In this document: one piece after another, positions 1 to 11,390 of the stretch
Layout of the letters: each line of letters opens with the position of its first letter
Numbering within the stretch: the stretch's first letter is position 1
Notes under the pieces: model-generated
What the model was told of the DNA's origin: nothing
The model's input: only the letters and a program-made list of their open reading frames with translations
The model's database searches: none
Assembly: GCA_001949185.1 (NCBI GenBank)
Contig: BDGG01000001.1
Coordinates: 572,128-636,127, forward strand
Source: Ramazzottius varieornatus
Taxonomy: Eukaryota > Animalia > Tardigrada
Direction: 5' to 3'
DNA length: 64,000 nucleotides
Position numbers and translations under genes: made by a program

Positions 1-1515
1 GAAATTGTTTGACAGTATCGCGAACTGCAAAGCCGTTTTTCTTAGCTGGAAACCTTTCTTAGAAGCTGTGGATCATCAGTTCGGCTGCCGAGCCAGCCCC
101 AGTCAATCGGGCCAGTTTATGAGTGCCTTGGCCGACATGAAGGGGACGGCTTTTCCAGTCTATCCACCCGGCAATCAAAAGTACAACGAGAAGTACAACG
201 GGAATGCGCCGATAGGCTACGGCACTTTTCAATTCAAAACAGCAATTCCTCTTTGCAAGCGAAATATCGCATTTGTAACCGTCGTCGACCCGATGCTTGG
301 ACCAGTCTTGAAAACCAAAGCAGTACGACCCCTCAAGGCTGGTGATCGCGTATGCATATCCCCCTAATACCCGGATTCCTTCGTGTAGCACTTCTAACAT
401 CGCTATTCTTCTTTCCTCTTGTAGCAGTTCTTCGGAAACGCACTGGACCCTTTGGCTACACCGGAGAACCAAAATCTTCATCTGATTTACCCGGAAGATT
501 CTCATAATCAACTGCAGACAACCTATCCTCCCCATCCAATGGTGCTGTAATGCTTCTTAAAACTCACGAAACACGCCATCCTGCACCACACGCGTAAGGT
601 CAAGCCCCGGTCCCAGAATTGTCACGTACCAATCCTCTGAGAGGTGTTTCGCGCGTATGTTGACGTGATTCGCGAGTTTCAAGAAGCATCACAGTACGTT
701 AGCAAAAGTTCGTCGTCTGCAACCACTTAGTGCTCTGGTGTTGCAGTTCAACCTGTCCCATCGTTGGGAGCTTTTCTGCATGTACTGCAAACAAGCGACG
801 GTCAAAAGCCTCAGCGATCCATGGTTCGGGTATTCAACAATGCCGGTGGCTGGTCAAGAGATGCTGTGTACTTCTTGTAACCGCTTATTTCCTTGTCCGC
901 AGCGCTTTGCGCTGTTTCTTTCAAAGCTTACGGAGCTGACCACTCCATCAGCAAGAGAAAAGATGGCTCCGCCTAAACGACCACAGACTTCACTGGCTTA
1001 CCACATGGAAATGCTGCAACGGATGATGCCGCTAACACATTTGATGCAGGAGTCGGTACCTCTTGTAGCAAAATCGAGTGTAGCTGTAGGTTTAATTTAC
1101 CGAAAGATGGGACAACTGGCTGAAGAAAGCGACGATCCCGACGGAATGGCGTCGGCCTACAGGCAACTCCTGCCTATTGTCGAGTAAGTAAAGACCGCGA
1201 AAAGACACCTGACCCCTACTTACACCATTTTGCCCGAGTACGGGTATACTGGTTACTTTGTGAATCTTTCGCAGGAAACATCTGGATAAGTACGACCAGA
1301 ACGTATTCGATGCACTGGCTCGGTTGATCGTTTACCATCTGGAACGTCGAGAGATTGCTCAGGGACTCGTATACCTTGAAACAGCATGGGACCGTTTACG
1401 GTTTATTCCAGGAGAACACTCTTACGATTTTTACGTTGTTAATAAGCTATTGAAGGCGGCTAGGTGTGACAAGAAGTTTTCATTCGAGAGATTCTGCCAG
1501 GTCGAACCCAAGTAG
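1..1515 (+). CDS. SMYD-like SET-domain protein, 3' part (spliced, 5' truncated by window edge)
   Basis: 'LKTKAVRPLKAGDR' then (intron 350-643) 'VFRAYVD' resembles the SET C-terminal AxRxIxxGEEIxxxY motif. 'LSHRWELFCMYCK...CTSCNR' is post-SET-like, followed by a helical TPR-like tail ('LETAWDRLRFIPGEHS'). GTAAGT donor at 1184, stop 1513-1515. One junction near 694-746 is phase-ambiguous. Confidence 0.45.
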
Positions 1516-2199
1516 ACGGCAGTTTGTCACAGACACTGATACAATATCGTAAACCTCAAGTATGCGTTAGTTTGTTCAGTGTGGTTAACCGGCTAGCGGC
1601 CATATGTATGCAGGGTCGAGAAAAACACATTTTTCGCAAATAGCTTATCTAAACTGAAACTTGTTCCGAATAATATGTACGAGAAGACGTTGCAAAGTTA
1701 GGCGGCTAGTGCCGGAGTTCTAAAGTAAGCCACCGGATATTAAAAGAATGCCATCGAAAGGTCTACGCTTTATAAGATGCGCCTAACTTTATAACCTCGG
1801 CTTACGCCGGCTAACTTTATAACTTTCTCTCTTGGTGGAGTGTAGTGAGTGTTTAGCGTACATTGCTCTGCAATGCAAAAATGCCACCAGAAACAAAATT
1901 TAAATTTGTTAATTTTCATCGGTGTTTCAAAGTGAAGCAATTTATGCCGAAATTTGGAGTCGCTACTCCAAATTTGACATAATGCATATCACAGGAAAAT
2001 ACTCGTCCGATTGCAAAACAGCAAGGAACAGGGGATCACTCTCGCGTGGAATATGATATCTGACCGTCAGTGTCGACCGGCGTGAAATGTCTGATGAGCA
2101 ACTAGGCAGACATTGCCAAAGATCAGTGGACCGAAGTAGTGCACAAGGGTTAAAACAGTGAAGAGGTGTCGTGGCTTTCGTGATCGAAACCTTCGACGC

Positions 2200-3925
2200 G
2201 TTGCAGCACTCAGGGGTTTCAGTTCCTTCAGTAGTGATGCAGCCACAGCCACGGAGAACTGGCTGATTTTCTGGCAAAGTGGAGATGCAGTGTGCAAAGT
2301 GGAGAAGCCATTAGAATTTTCACTTCATGGTCGATCTGTCTGGAAAGACAGCGCCCTGCAGGAGACATCGGGGGTCTTTCTGCAAACTCTGTTTTACCCT
2401 ACTGGAGTACTGTATTTCTGGGATCCGGAGTGGGCTAGTCCATAACCATGATTACTACGATCGACTCTGGAGCACTGTTGCTATTGGCTTCGCTTCTGGT
2501 GGCTTCGTTCATCGACCGAGCGAACAGAAGGATCTGTTTTCCGGGCTGCCACATTGGTATGCTCGCTGTGACGTCAGCAAGAACTGTTTTCATCTTTTAT
2601 TCGTAAGTGGGAATTTCCCCACCGAAGCAAACTTTGAGTAGCATCACCAAAACTAAGCTTCAAGTATCCAAATTAATAGATAAGCTTTGTTTGTGGAGGA
2701 CCGTTTGCCAAGTGTCAATATTTCTGTTTCTCGTGGGAGATCCAAATTGAAAAAGTATCGATAAGTCACGAAGAGGACGACTCAGCCAAACGAAACAACC
2801 CCTTGATACGGACTACGTAGTACAGCCCGTTCCAGCCAAGTCGTCCCTCGCGAATTTTCATTACTGTATCGAAAATTTAGATCTGTACGTTTCGCCCCAT
2901 CCCAACCCGTTTTCGACACTTCGACGTATGCTCTGTATGATACAACTGGTTTGAGAGCATCCATGTAGAAAACCTCTTTGGAAACTCATTTTGAAACAAG
3001 GTCGTTTTGACACGTCCACTCACTCTGCTTGTTGCCGTAGAATAAAATTCCCAGCGCTCACTCCGTCGAAACAAACAAAAATTCTTATTCGCAGACTGAC
3101 AGCAGATTGTTGTCACAGTGCTTTGAAAGAAAAATTCTCGTCAGAAATTCAAAAACGACGCGAGACATAAATTAAGAATTAGAATTGAAGTGCCACCCCA
3201 ATCAACTGGCGCGCATGTTTTTGCGACAGGCAGAAAACAGATGTGGGACTTTTCCACCTGTCTTCTGACCCACGATAGCTTTTCGGCCTTTCTCGTTCTC
3301 AAACGGTTCCAGAGAGCCGAAATAACGAAAAAAATGTGTTTCACACAAGCAGATACATAATTTGGTCAGAAGAAGCGAATTGGGGACAACTTGGCTGGAA
3401 CGGACTGTATGTAAGCCCGCAAGGCAAGCGTCTTCCTGTACACTTACGTGCTTCTGTGCCGTCGCAGCGATAAAGCCTGTCCTCTAATTTTTACTGTCCC
3501 AGAATTTCTCAGGGTACGTGTACTTGGTCTGTTTCTCCGTGAGACCAGGAGTGGTGCCACCTGTGCTGTCCAGTGAAATGTGTACCTGAGGTCCGCTGGC
3601 CACAGCCTGTCAATAGCCTAGCTGTCCCGCACTCGGTGCATTCTTCATCACCGTCTTGCTAGCACTAGTGTCGCTACGCCTGTCAATCATCACGGACTGT
3701 ATCGGAAAGTTTCACTGCGTTTTCTGCAACTTGTACTGAAGACTACACAATTATGATAATTTGTTTGTAGAACGCAGTGGGAGGTTACACTTATCTCATC
3801 TTTACTGGGCTCCAAATGTTCTACATTTTCTACGTACCCCAAAGTCCCGGCAACCGAATGCACGGACCCGGACGAGATCATAAGGAATATTCGGGAGGAT
3901 CGGGAAAGGCAGAACAAGCTTGATG
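2200..3925 (+). pseudogene. Decayed GLUT/SLC2-like paralog
   Basis: 2385-2605, 3517-3670 and 3771-3920 align by eye with exons 5, 6 and 7 of the gene at 4573-6844 (e.g. ccaggagtggtgccacctgtgctgtccagtgaaatg = PGVVPPVLSSEM; GGYTYLIF). Stops, frameshifts and a MITE insertion are present. Confidence 0.8.
2823..3407. mobile_element. Tc1/mariner-type MITE (585 bp)
   Basis: TIR cagcccgttccagccaagtcgtccc / gggacaacttggctggaacggactg with TA on both sides; no coding capacity. Confidence 0.85.
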
Positions 3926-4572
3926 AACCCATGGAGTTCCCCAAAGATCTCAAGTCGAGTAGCATGCGGCTCGATCGTATTCTCTACTCAATGTTGAACT
4001 TGTGCCGATCCTAAATCTAACTTTTTGCTGATTTTACGTGGACACCGGCCAGCAGTACACAGCTGCATGCAGTACGTCGCACTTGAGTTGTTCTGCATGA
4101 ACCGTGTGGGTCTGTTACGACTTATCGAAATGGCAACTGACTTTAAATTACGAACGGCGCCATTGTAGATGTTCTCTGACCTGCTTCACGCAAGACATCC
4201 TCACAGTTAAGAGTATAAACTGGTGAGAACTTGTTTCTGTTGGAGCGTATCTTGCCTGTGTGAAACTCCTCATACCACGTCAGCGCAAAAGCCCGACATT
4301 CAACGTGGCAGCTACGTGGAAAAGCCAAACATGCAGTTTAATCTCAATGGGAAAACCAGCGCAGAGCACCATGCTGTGGTATTTATTTGCACAGCATGTC
4401 CGCGATGACGTAATCCCCGTGTGACTATGTGCAGAGTAGACATGCCTCTCGCACCGCACCGTCCTTACGGTGTTGGCCTTTGATGGACAGGTTTCTCCAT
4501 CAGCTGTACCATCGAGGTAATTCCGCACTGTTTTTCTGCACAGCAAATTAGGGTTACTCATAACAGACTTTG

Positions 4573-6844
4573 ATGAAAATGTTCGACAAAGCAAAGAAAA
4601 AGATTCGCGAGGTAAATTACGAGCGCCAATTATCGCTTCTCGGTTCAAAGTTTCATTTCAGTCTTGCAATTCCCTGATCAGAATGATTAACCAGAAGATG
4701 TACGGTGTTTTGCAGGAAGCAACATGGACCTTATTTTGGACTTCCGTGATCGTCGGCATCGGCTCGGGCTTCTACCAAGGCTTCAACGCGGCAGTCATCA
4801 ATGCTCCACAAACAACAATGGGTCTGTGGATCCGGAACATCGAATGTGCCAAGCACAACCAAAGCAAGTCGCCGACCGTCAACGACACTGAAAGATGGTG
4901 CAAGGTTCTCTCAGAAAAAGAGCAAGAAAAGATGTTTAAGGAGAACCCGACACTCAACGTCATCTGGACCGGCATTGCCTCCATCTACACACTTGGCTCG
5001 GTGATCGGAGCGTTGAGCATTATTCCCATATGTCAGCGCTTTGGAAGGTTCATCGAAGCAATTTTAGGTCCATCTACAGTATACAACATAGAACCAGACT
5101 TGTTAAATTTCCAGAAAGGGAGCGTTACTCTTCAACGGTATACCCTGTATCACTTCCTCCCTAGTTCTCGGCCTGTCTTACGTCGCACATTCCTACTGGA
5201 TGTTAGCTGCTGGGCGATTGATCAATGGTTTCGGTGCCGGAGTTTGTGCTTCCATCGCCACGATTTATTTGACCGAAATCGCACCGCTTAGTCTGCGAGG
5301 ACTCTTTGGCATCATCCGAGGTGTCTGCCTGTTTGGAGGCCAGCTGTGTGCTCAGGTCCTCGGTCATCCCAGCATTCTTGGTACCTCGACATTATGGCCG
5401 TATTTGTTCGGCTTCGGGCTGTTACCCGCTCTGATGCAATTTGTCCTCCTTCCTTTTTGCCCGGACAGCCCATGTTATTTGTACCTTGACCGGGACAGCA
5501 CAAAGAAAGGCACAAAGGGTGAGCAAATAATTGGCCCATCACCTGTACCGTCGTGTTGTTCGGAACTTTGCTGATGACCTTCTCTGTCCGCAGCGCTAAA
5601 ACGACTACGAGGCGATTTGGTCTTTGAAATAGAACTGGCCGAACTGAAAAACAAGCAGGAGTTCGATGCTGAAGCCAACGAATCGGTGTCGGTGGCTGGA
5701 TTGTTTAAAGATCCTTTTCTTCGCCATTGTATCCTGATCGCTGTTATCATGAATATGGGAACCGAGCTGGTGGGATACAGTGCAGTATGTCACTTTAGCA
5801 ACTCGAGGGCTCCACATCTGTAAACTGCGCAACATAGCAAAGGATCAGCTCTGTTTTTTTGCAGATTCTGTTTTACTCCACGTCCGTGTTCCTCGGATCC
5901 GGCATGGGGCAATCCGCGGCTGTAACCGCCACAATCGGCACGGGAATACTCATGCTGGTGGCTTGTATCATCGTTGCCACCTTCATTGATAAAGTAGGGC
6001 GGAGAATCGTATTGCTAGTCGGATATGTTGGCATGCTGGTTGTCACATCCGCCATCACAGTTTTCATCGTCTTATTCGTACGTCTTTTTCAGATGCTTTG
6101 TCCCTTTGGTATCATAGTTCGTTCGAGTCATTGGATTTTCTTCCGTTGCAGGAGACCTTCGTGGAAAAAGAGTCCGAAGGCAAAGGAGATGACGAGGCTT
6201 CCAAGAAGAATAATCCCTACATATGGACAACCTACGCCAGCGCGGCATGCGTCTATCTCTTTTTGGTTTGCTACTCGGTCGGCCCGGGAATAGTCCCATC
6301 TGTATTGGCCAGTGAAATGTTTACACAAGGTTCCCGAACAGCCGCCGTGTGCTTTTCCATAGCTTTGAGCGCTCTGGCAGCCTTCTTTGTCACCGTACTC
6401 TTCCCGCTGGCGTCGGTAAGCTACATAATTGCTAGCCTCATTTGAATTTTTATTTCCTGCACTTGTAGTGAGTACACGTACGATGGGAAATTATGGGACA
6501 CTAAAAATTAAATATGGGACAGGCTTTTTCGCTACGGCGGAACAGAAGCACGAACGTACGCGACCGGTTCACAGTAATGTATTTCTCAACACTTTTCTAC
6601 GGTTGAATTTGCATTTTGCCGTCCTTGCCGTCATTTCCCATCGTCTGTGTATGTTTCGTGGTCAATGGAATTGTTTTTGCTTTTGCAGAGTGCGATCGGA
6701 GGTTACACGTTCCTGGTCTTCGTCGGACTACAAGTATTTTATATTTTTTATGCCTATTTCAATGTTCTCGAAACCAAAGGCAAGGAATCGGAAGAGATTG
6801 TCAAAGATATACGAACGCAGTGGGAACGCAAGAAGAAATCGTAA
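4573..6844 (+). CDS. SLC2/GLUT-family sugar-porter-fold transporter A, 7 exons
   Basis: Exons 4573-4611, 4716-5047, 5115-5518, 5594-5784, 5865-6077, 6152-6415, 6689-6844; all GT-AG and phase-consistent. Motifs GFNAAVINAPQ, FGRK, GRLING, YLTEIAPLSLRG, PDSP, DKVGRR, GPG..P..LASEMF, ETKGK. Confidence 0.93.
6472..6610 (-). repeat. Copy of the MITE at 53124-53293, in the last intron of GLUT A
   Basis: gtacacgtacgatgggaaattatgggaca...ttttctacggttgaatt matches the reverse complement of 53175-53293. A further partial copy lies at about 8550-8645. Confidence 0.7.
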
Positions 6845-7296
6845 AACAGAATTTTCGTCTCGCAGCTTGTACTGTATCTGTCGCTCGTCTGGTCTCACTA
6901 CTACGGTGTTGCATGCGAAAAACGTTCCACGTTGTAGTGCTGAGTTTTTGTGCCTTGTCAAACGACTTTTGCAGCATTGGTACTCCTTCGTCAGTAATCA
7001 CCGAAATAACATATCGTGGCAGTTTAACGGCCAAAAACGAATTGGCTTTAGACAAACACAACGTTTGCTCGCATCGCCTTTCATGCAACACAGTATCTAT
7101 CTACCGTGTCAAAAGAGGTGCTGACATCCGTGATGCGCTTCTTTTCACGGTCACCGAATCGATACAGAGTTTGTGGAAAACGCTACCCTCATGGGAACAA
7201 GAGCCTTCAACGTTTCCCCCTCTGTGATGCTCGGTCCGATCGACGCTATCTTTCTTCCGTTGATCAGTACACTATGGCCATGGTTGAATAGGCAAA

Positions 7297-10200
7297 ATGT
7301 TCAAAGCCGCAAGAAAAGTCTTCAAGGTAGTGATGTACAGTGTACATGCCCAGTGTTTTGCAATACCGATTAGACAGGTTTCCGATGTCTTTTTCATTCT
7401 AGGAAACGACCTGGACGTTATTCTGGTCATCGGTGGTCGTAAGCTTTGGCTCGGGCTTCTTTCATGGCTATAACAAGGAAATGGTTCACGCACCGCAAAC
7501 TGCCATGGGTTTGTGGATTCGGGAGATCGAATGTCGAAAACGGAATGCTTCGAGATCTACTAATGGCAGCGAGACGGAACTGTGGTGCAAGGTGTTGTCT
7601 GCAAAGGAACAAGAGAAAATGTTCGACAAGAACCCCGTACTGAATGTGATATGGACCGGCATTGCCTCCGTGTACGCTGTCGGCGGGGTTGTCGGTGCGC
7701 TGGCCATCTTTCCTGTTGTGCAACGGTATGGAAGGTAAGTCGGCACGCTTGTGATAACCATTACGTCCACCCTTGTGAGAACGACGTGTGCAGCCCCCAT
7801 ACTCGCTAACTTCTTGGTCGCCGACAAGTGCAAGATAACATGGTGACAAGTTTGAAAATTTTCGCAACTTGGTACCCCCCGACACACACGTGCACCGCTT
7901 CTTATTACTGACCCTAAGTTAACTTACACGGCCACCCATGGCATAATTTAAATTAAATTAAATTAAATTATTAAATTAATTTAATTTAATTTGTGTGGCA
8001 TGGTATCATACTTGTACGTGTTTTCCAGTTTCAGTGGAAGTGATTTCAGCAGTTATTTCTTGCTGGAAAAGTCATCTTTGGTATTCTCCCCATTAGTTCA
8101 GAAGAAATTTTTTAACTTGCTAGGTGGCCCCCTAAACTTTTTTACTGCGGCCCTTGAACTTGTTACCGTTGCCCGTCGAACTTTTTACCGCTATCCGCCA
8201 AAGTCACTAGTTTGCCAACCCCTCAATAAGCTTGTTACTGGATACCTAGAAATTGTCACCGAACCCTTCCATCTTATTACTGTCGCCTTACGTCGCCGTT
8301 GCTTGTTTTTCTGCTAAACTACGAAATCGATGGGATCCGTGCTGGTTGCTCTGCTGCCGCTGCCCACTGGTTTCCCGCAACAATCATCGCAGGCCGACGC
8401 ATGATAACACAAGTAACATCCGGTTGGGAAAATCGCTGATCATGTTATGTTTCCTTAAGGGCTTTCTCTGCCGGTGTATAGCGTGGAAAACAGCACTTGA
8501 GCTAAACGCACGAAAAGTTTGGATGAGACGGAAAAGACGACAAACTCATAATTCAACCGTAGAAAATTGTCAAAACGTGTCTTGGTGTGAACTGCACACG
8601 TACGTACGTACTTCCGTTCCGCTGTTTCGGAATCGCCTGGTCCAGACTTTTTTATTAAACCAAAGCTTCCGCTTCTGCGTGTACTCGCACTACCCTCCGT
8701 TTTTCGTCGGTCGTCCAACATCAGGATATAATTTGCGGTGACAGAGGTAAGGGGCCTGGTAACAAGTTGGAGGTAACCGGTAACTAGTTTGAGATTTTGA
8801 TCACAGCTTGTTGGAGGCGGTAACCAAAACTATAACCTCCAACAAGGTACACGGTATGGCGGTTACAGACGTGGTATGACCTTGCAGAAAGAGGGCTCTG
8901 TTGTTGAACAGTATCCCATGCATGGCCGGTTCGCTGACACTTAGCCTAGCTTACATGGCCAAATCGTATTGGATGCTGGTGGCTGGACGACTGATCAGTG
9001 GGATAGGTGCAGAGATATGTGCTTGTGTTTCCGAGATTTACCTGACGGAAATATCAACGGTGAAGCAGCGGGGCTTCTTCGGGACGCTGCGTGCCGTCCT
9101 CCTGTTGGGCGGACAACTGACAGCTCAGACAATGGGGCATCCGGACATCCTGGGGACCGCCACAGGCTGGCCTATCCTCTTCGCATTCAGCTTGATCCCT
9201 GCTGTTCTCCAGCTTGTCTTCCTTCTGTTTTGTCCTGATACTCCAAGCTACCTATTCCTTGATCAAAAAAATGAACACAAAGGGAAAGAAGGTTGGAATG
9301 AATTCAGTTTTGCATGAGAAGCTGGATGGTTCATGTCTTGGTTCTGATAGCGCTCAAGCGGTTTCGGACCGCTTCGGTCTACGAAACTGAGCTGGCCGAG
9401 CTGGAGTACAAGCAGAAGGTTGACGGGGACGCCAATAAACCCGTGTCACTGCTAGGCTTATGGCGGGACCCTTTTCTACGGCACTGTCTGCTCGTCTCCA
9501 TTGTATTAAACATGGGCATCGAGCTTCTGGGATACACTGCGGTAAGTACCAGTCTGCTTCCAAGATCGTCAAGCTGCGACGCCACCATATATGCGCTCTC
9601 ACGCTAGAACGATTTAACTGCAGATTTTGATCTACTCAACCTCCATCTTCATTGCATCCGGGCTGAATTTGTCGGCTGCTGTGACAGCAACGATTGGTAC
9701 CACTGTCCTTATGCTGATGGCTTCAGTCCTGGTCGCTCTGCTTATTGATCGCTGTGGACGAAGAGTCCTGTTGCTGATCGGATACACCGGCATGCTGGTC
9801 ATCACTTCCACAGTCACTGTCCTTGCTGCTCTGCTCGTAAGTTCACAATCCCATGCCTACGAACCACACACATGGGTTCTTGCTGCCCGATTCCGGAACA
9901 TTGAGTAATAGCACGATTGTTCAGGAAACGGTTTTGGGGTTTTGGCAGTCCAGGGGCTCTTCTTAACTGCTGATGAGGCAATATGGAATAAACTTCGAGA
10001 CTCGAGGGACATGAAGCTGAAGACATTTGGCCAACCGACCACTGGTCAAACGGCCACGTCAGGAAGATCCAAAGGGGATCCGAAAACACCAGACATCAGA
10101 AATCGTTTAAAACCAAACCCGCAGGGTGGGGTGTTTCAGCTGTTGACTACCCCTGAAGATCCCTGGAATATCTTCCCTAAAGGGCGAACAATTCTTTGAG

Positions 10201-10868
10201 ACTTTCAGCCACGGCGAGGTACGGCAAAGCTACCGTCCAATGCCCTGAATACTCTTTCAAATTTCATGTCAGAAAAGGGTCATTTGGTAGCAAAAATAAT
10301 GTTCCGGAAACTGGGCTGCAGAAACCCACATATATAACGCACTTTTCATGTACTCCCGGTTTCACCTCTCACAGGAGAAATACGTTCAGTCGGATCCGCA
10401 AAGCGGTGAAAGCTCGGCAAAACAGAACACCCCGTTTATTTGGACAACATACACCAGTGCGTCATGTGTGTATCTTTTCCTGGTTTTCTACTCCCTCGGT
10501 CCAGGAGAGATACCACAAGTGCTGGCTAGCGAGATGTTCACGCAGGGTCCACGGGCAGCGGCCATGTGCATGTCCGCTGCATTCACGGCCTTGGCTGCTT
10601 TCGTCATCTCTGTGGTCTTTCCCTTTGTGAAGGTGAGTTTTCATTTGGCCCTTTGATACGATACGGAGGTAGTGGCCTGCCCGCTGCAATGATATCTTTA
10701 TCATCGTTGTAGAGTGCGATCGGAGGATATGCCTTTGTGATATTTGTTGTATTGCAAGTAAATTATGTTGTCTTCACCTATTTCAAAGTTCCTGAAACCA
10801 AGGGAAAGCAGCCCGAGGAGATAGTGAAAACACTACGAGATGAATGGGAGAAAGGAAAAGGGGAATAA
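7297..10868 (+). CDS. SLC2/GLUT-family sugar-porter-fold transporter B, 7 exons (tandem paralog)
   Basis: Exons 7297-7326, 7403-7734, 8888-9291, 9351-9541, 9624-9836, 10375-10632, 10713-10868. Intron positions match gene A. Motifs YGRK, YLTEIS...RG, PDTP, DRCGRR, SEMF, VPETKGK. Confidence 0.92.
7944..7991. repeat. AT-only quasi-palindromic microsatellite (AATTA)n/(TAATT)n
   Basis: Directly visible in intron 2 of GLUT B. Confidence 0.8.
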
Positions 10869-11390
10869 ATGCACATTCGCCACGAGCGGCATAAACTCGT
10901 TTGCTAACTTAACCACCAAAGCTTTCTTAACACTCTGGGCATTAGGTTTTCCATGTACCGTACGATACACCGAACACCTGGTCAGTCGAAGATTTCGTGT
11001 CATGATGCGTCAGTAGGAGGTGTACCGTTGTAAACTGGACCTGCAATAACTCAAAGTCTACCAGTATAACGCTGCTTAGGGGTCCACTAAGATTTTAGGA
11101 TCAGCTGATTTTACAGTACGAGGTAAACGACATAATTCGGGCATATCGATTTTCGCAACATAATTCGGGCAACGCGAACAGTTTGTAGATTATCGTCAAC
11201 GCTTGATTCATCTCTCATCGTACGCCTGTTGATACAACATTGGACAGACCCATGTCTCCCAGGCCAAATTCTCGTGATCCACAACGCTTTGTTGTTCTCA
11301 AACCTACTGAAACCTCCAGGAGAGAGATCAGTCTACCTCACAAAACAAGAAGCAGTTCATTACGCGCAACAGGAGCTGAGTAAAAATATA

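Noticed and set aside
4683-4715. ORF-track start MINQKMYG for GLUT A
   Set aside because: Lies in intron 1. The upstream exon 4573-4611 has a GTAAAT donor and is paralleled by exon 1 of GLUT B.
6429-7227. Long ORFs of 231 and 203 aa
   Set aside because: They overlap an intron, the last GLUT exon in other frames and the UTR; no recognisable motifs.
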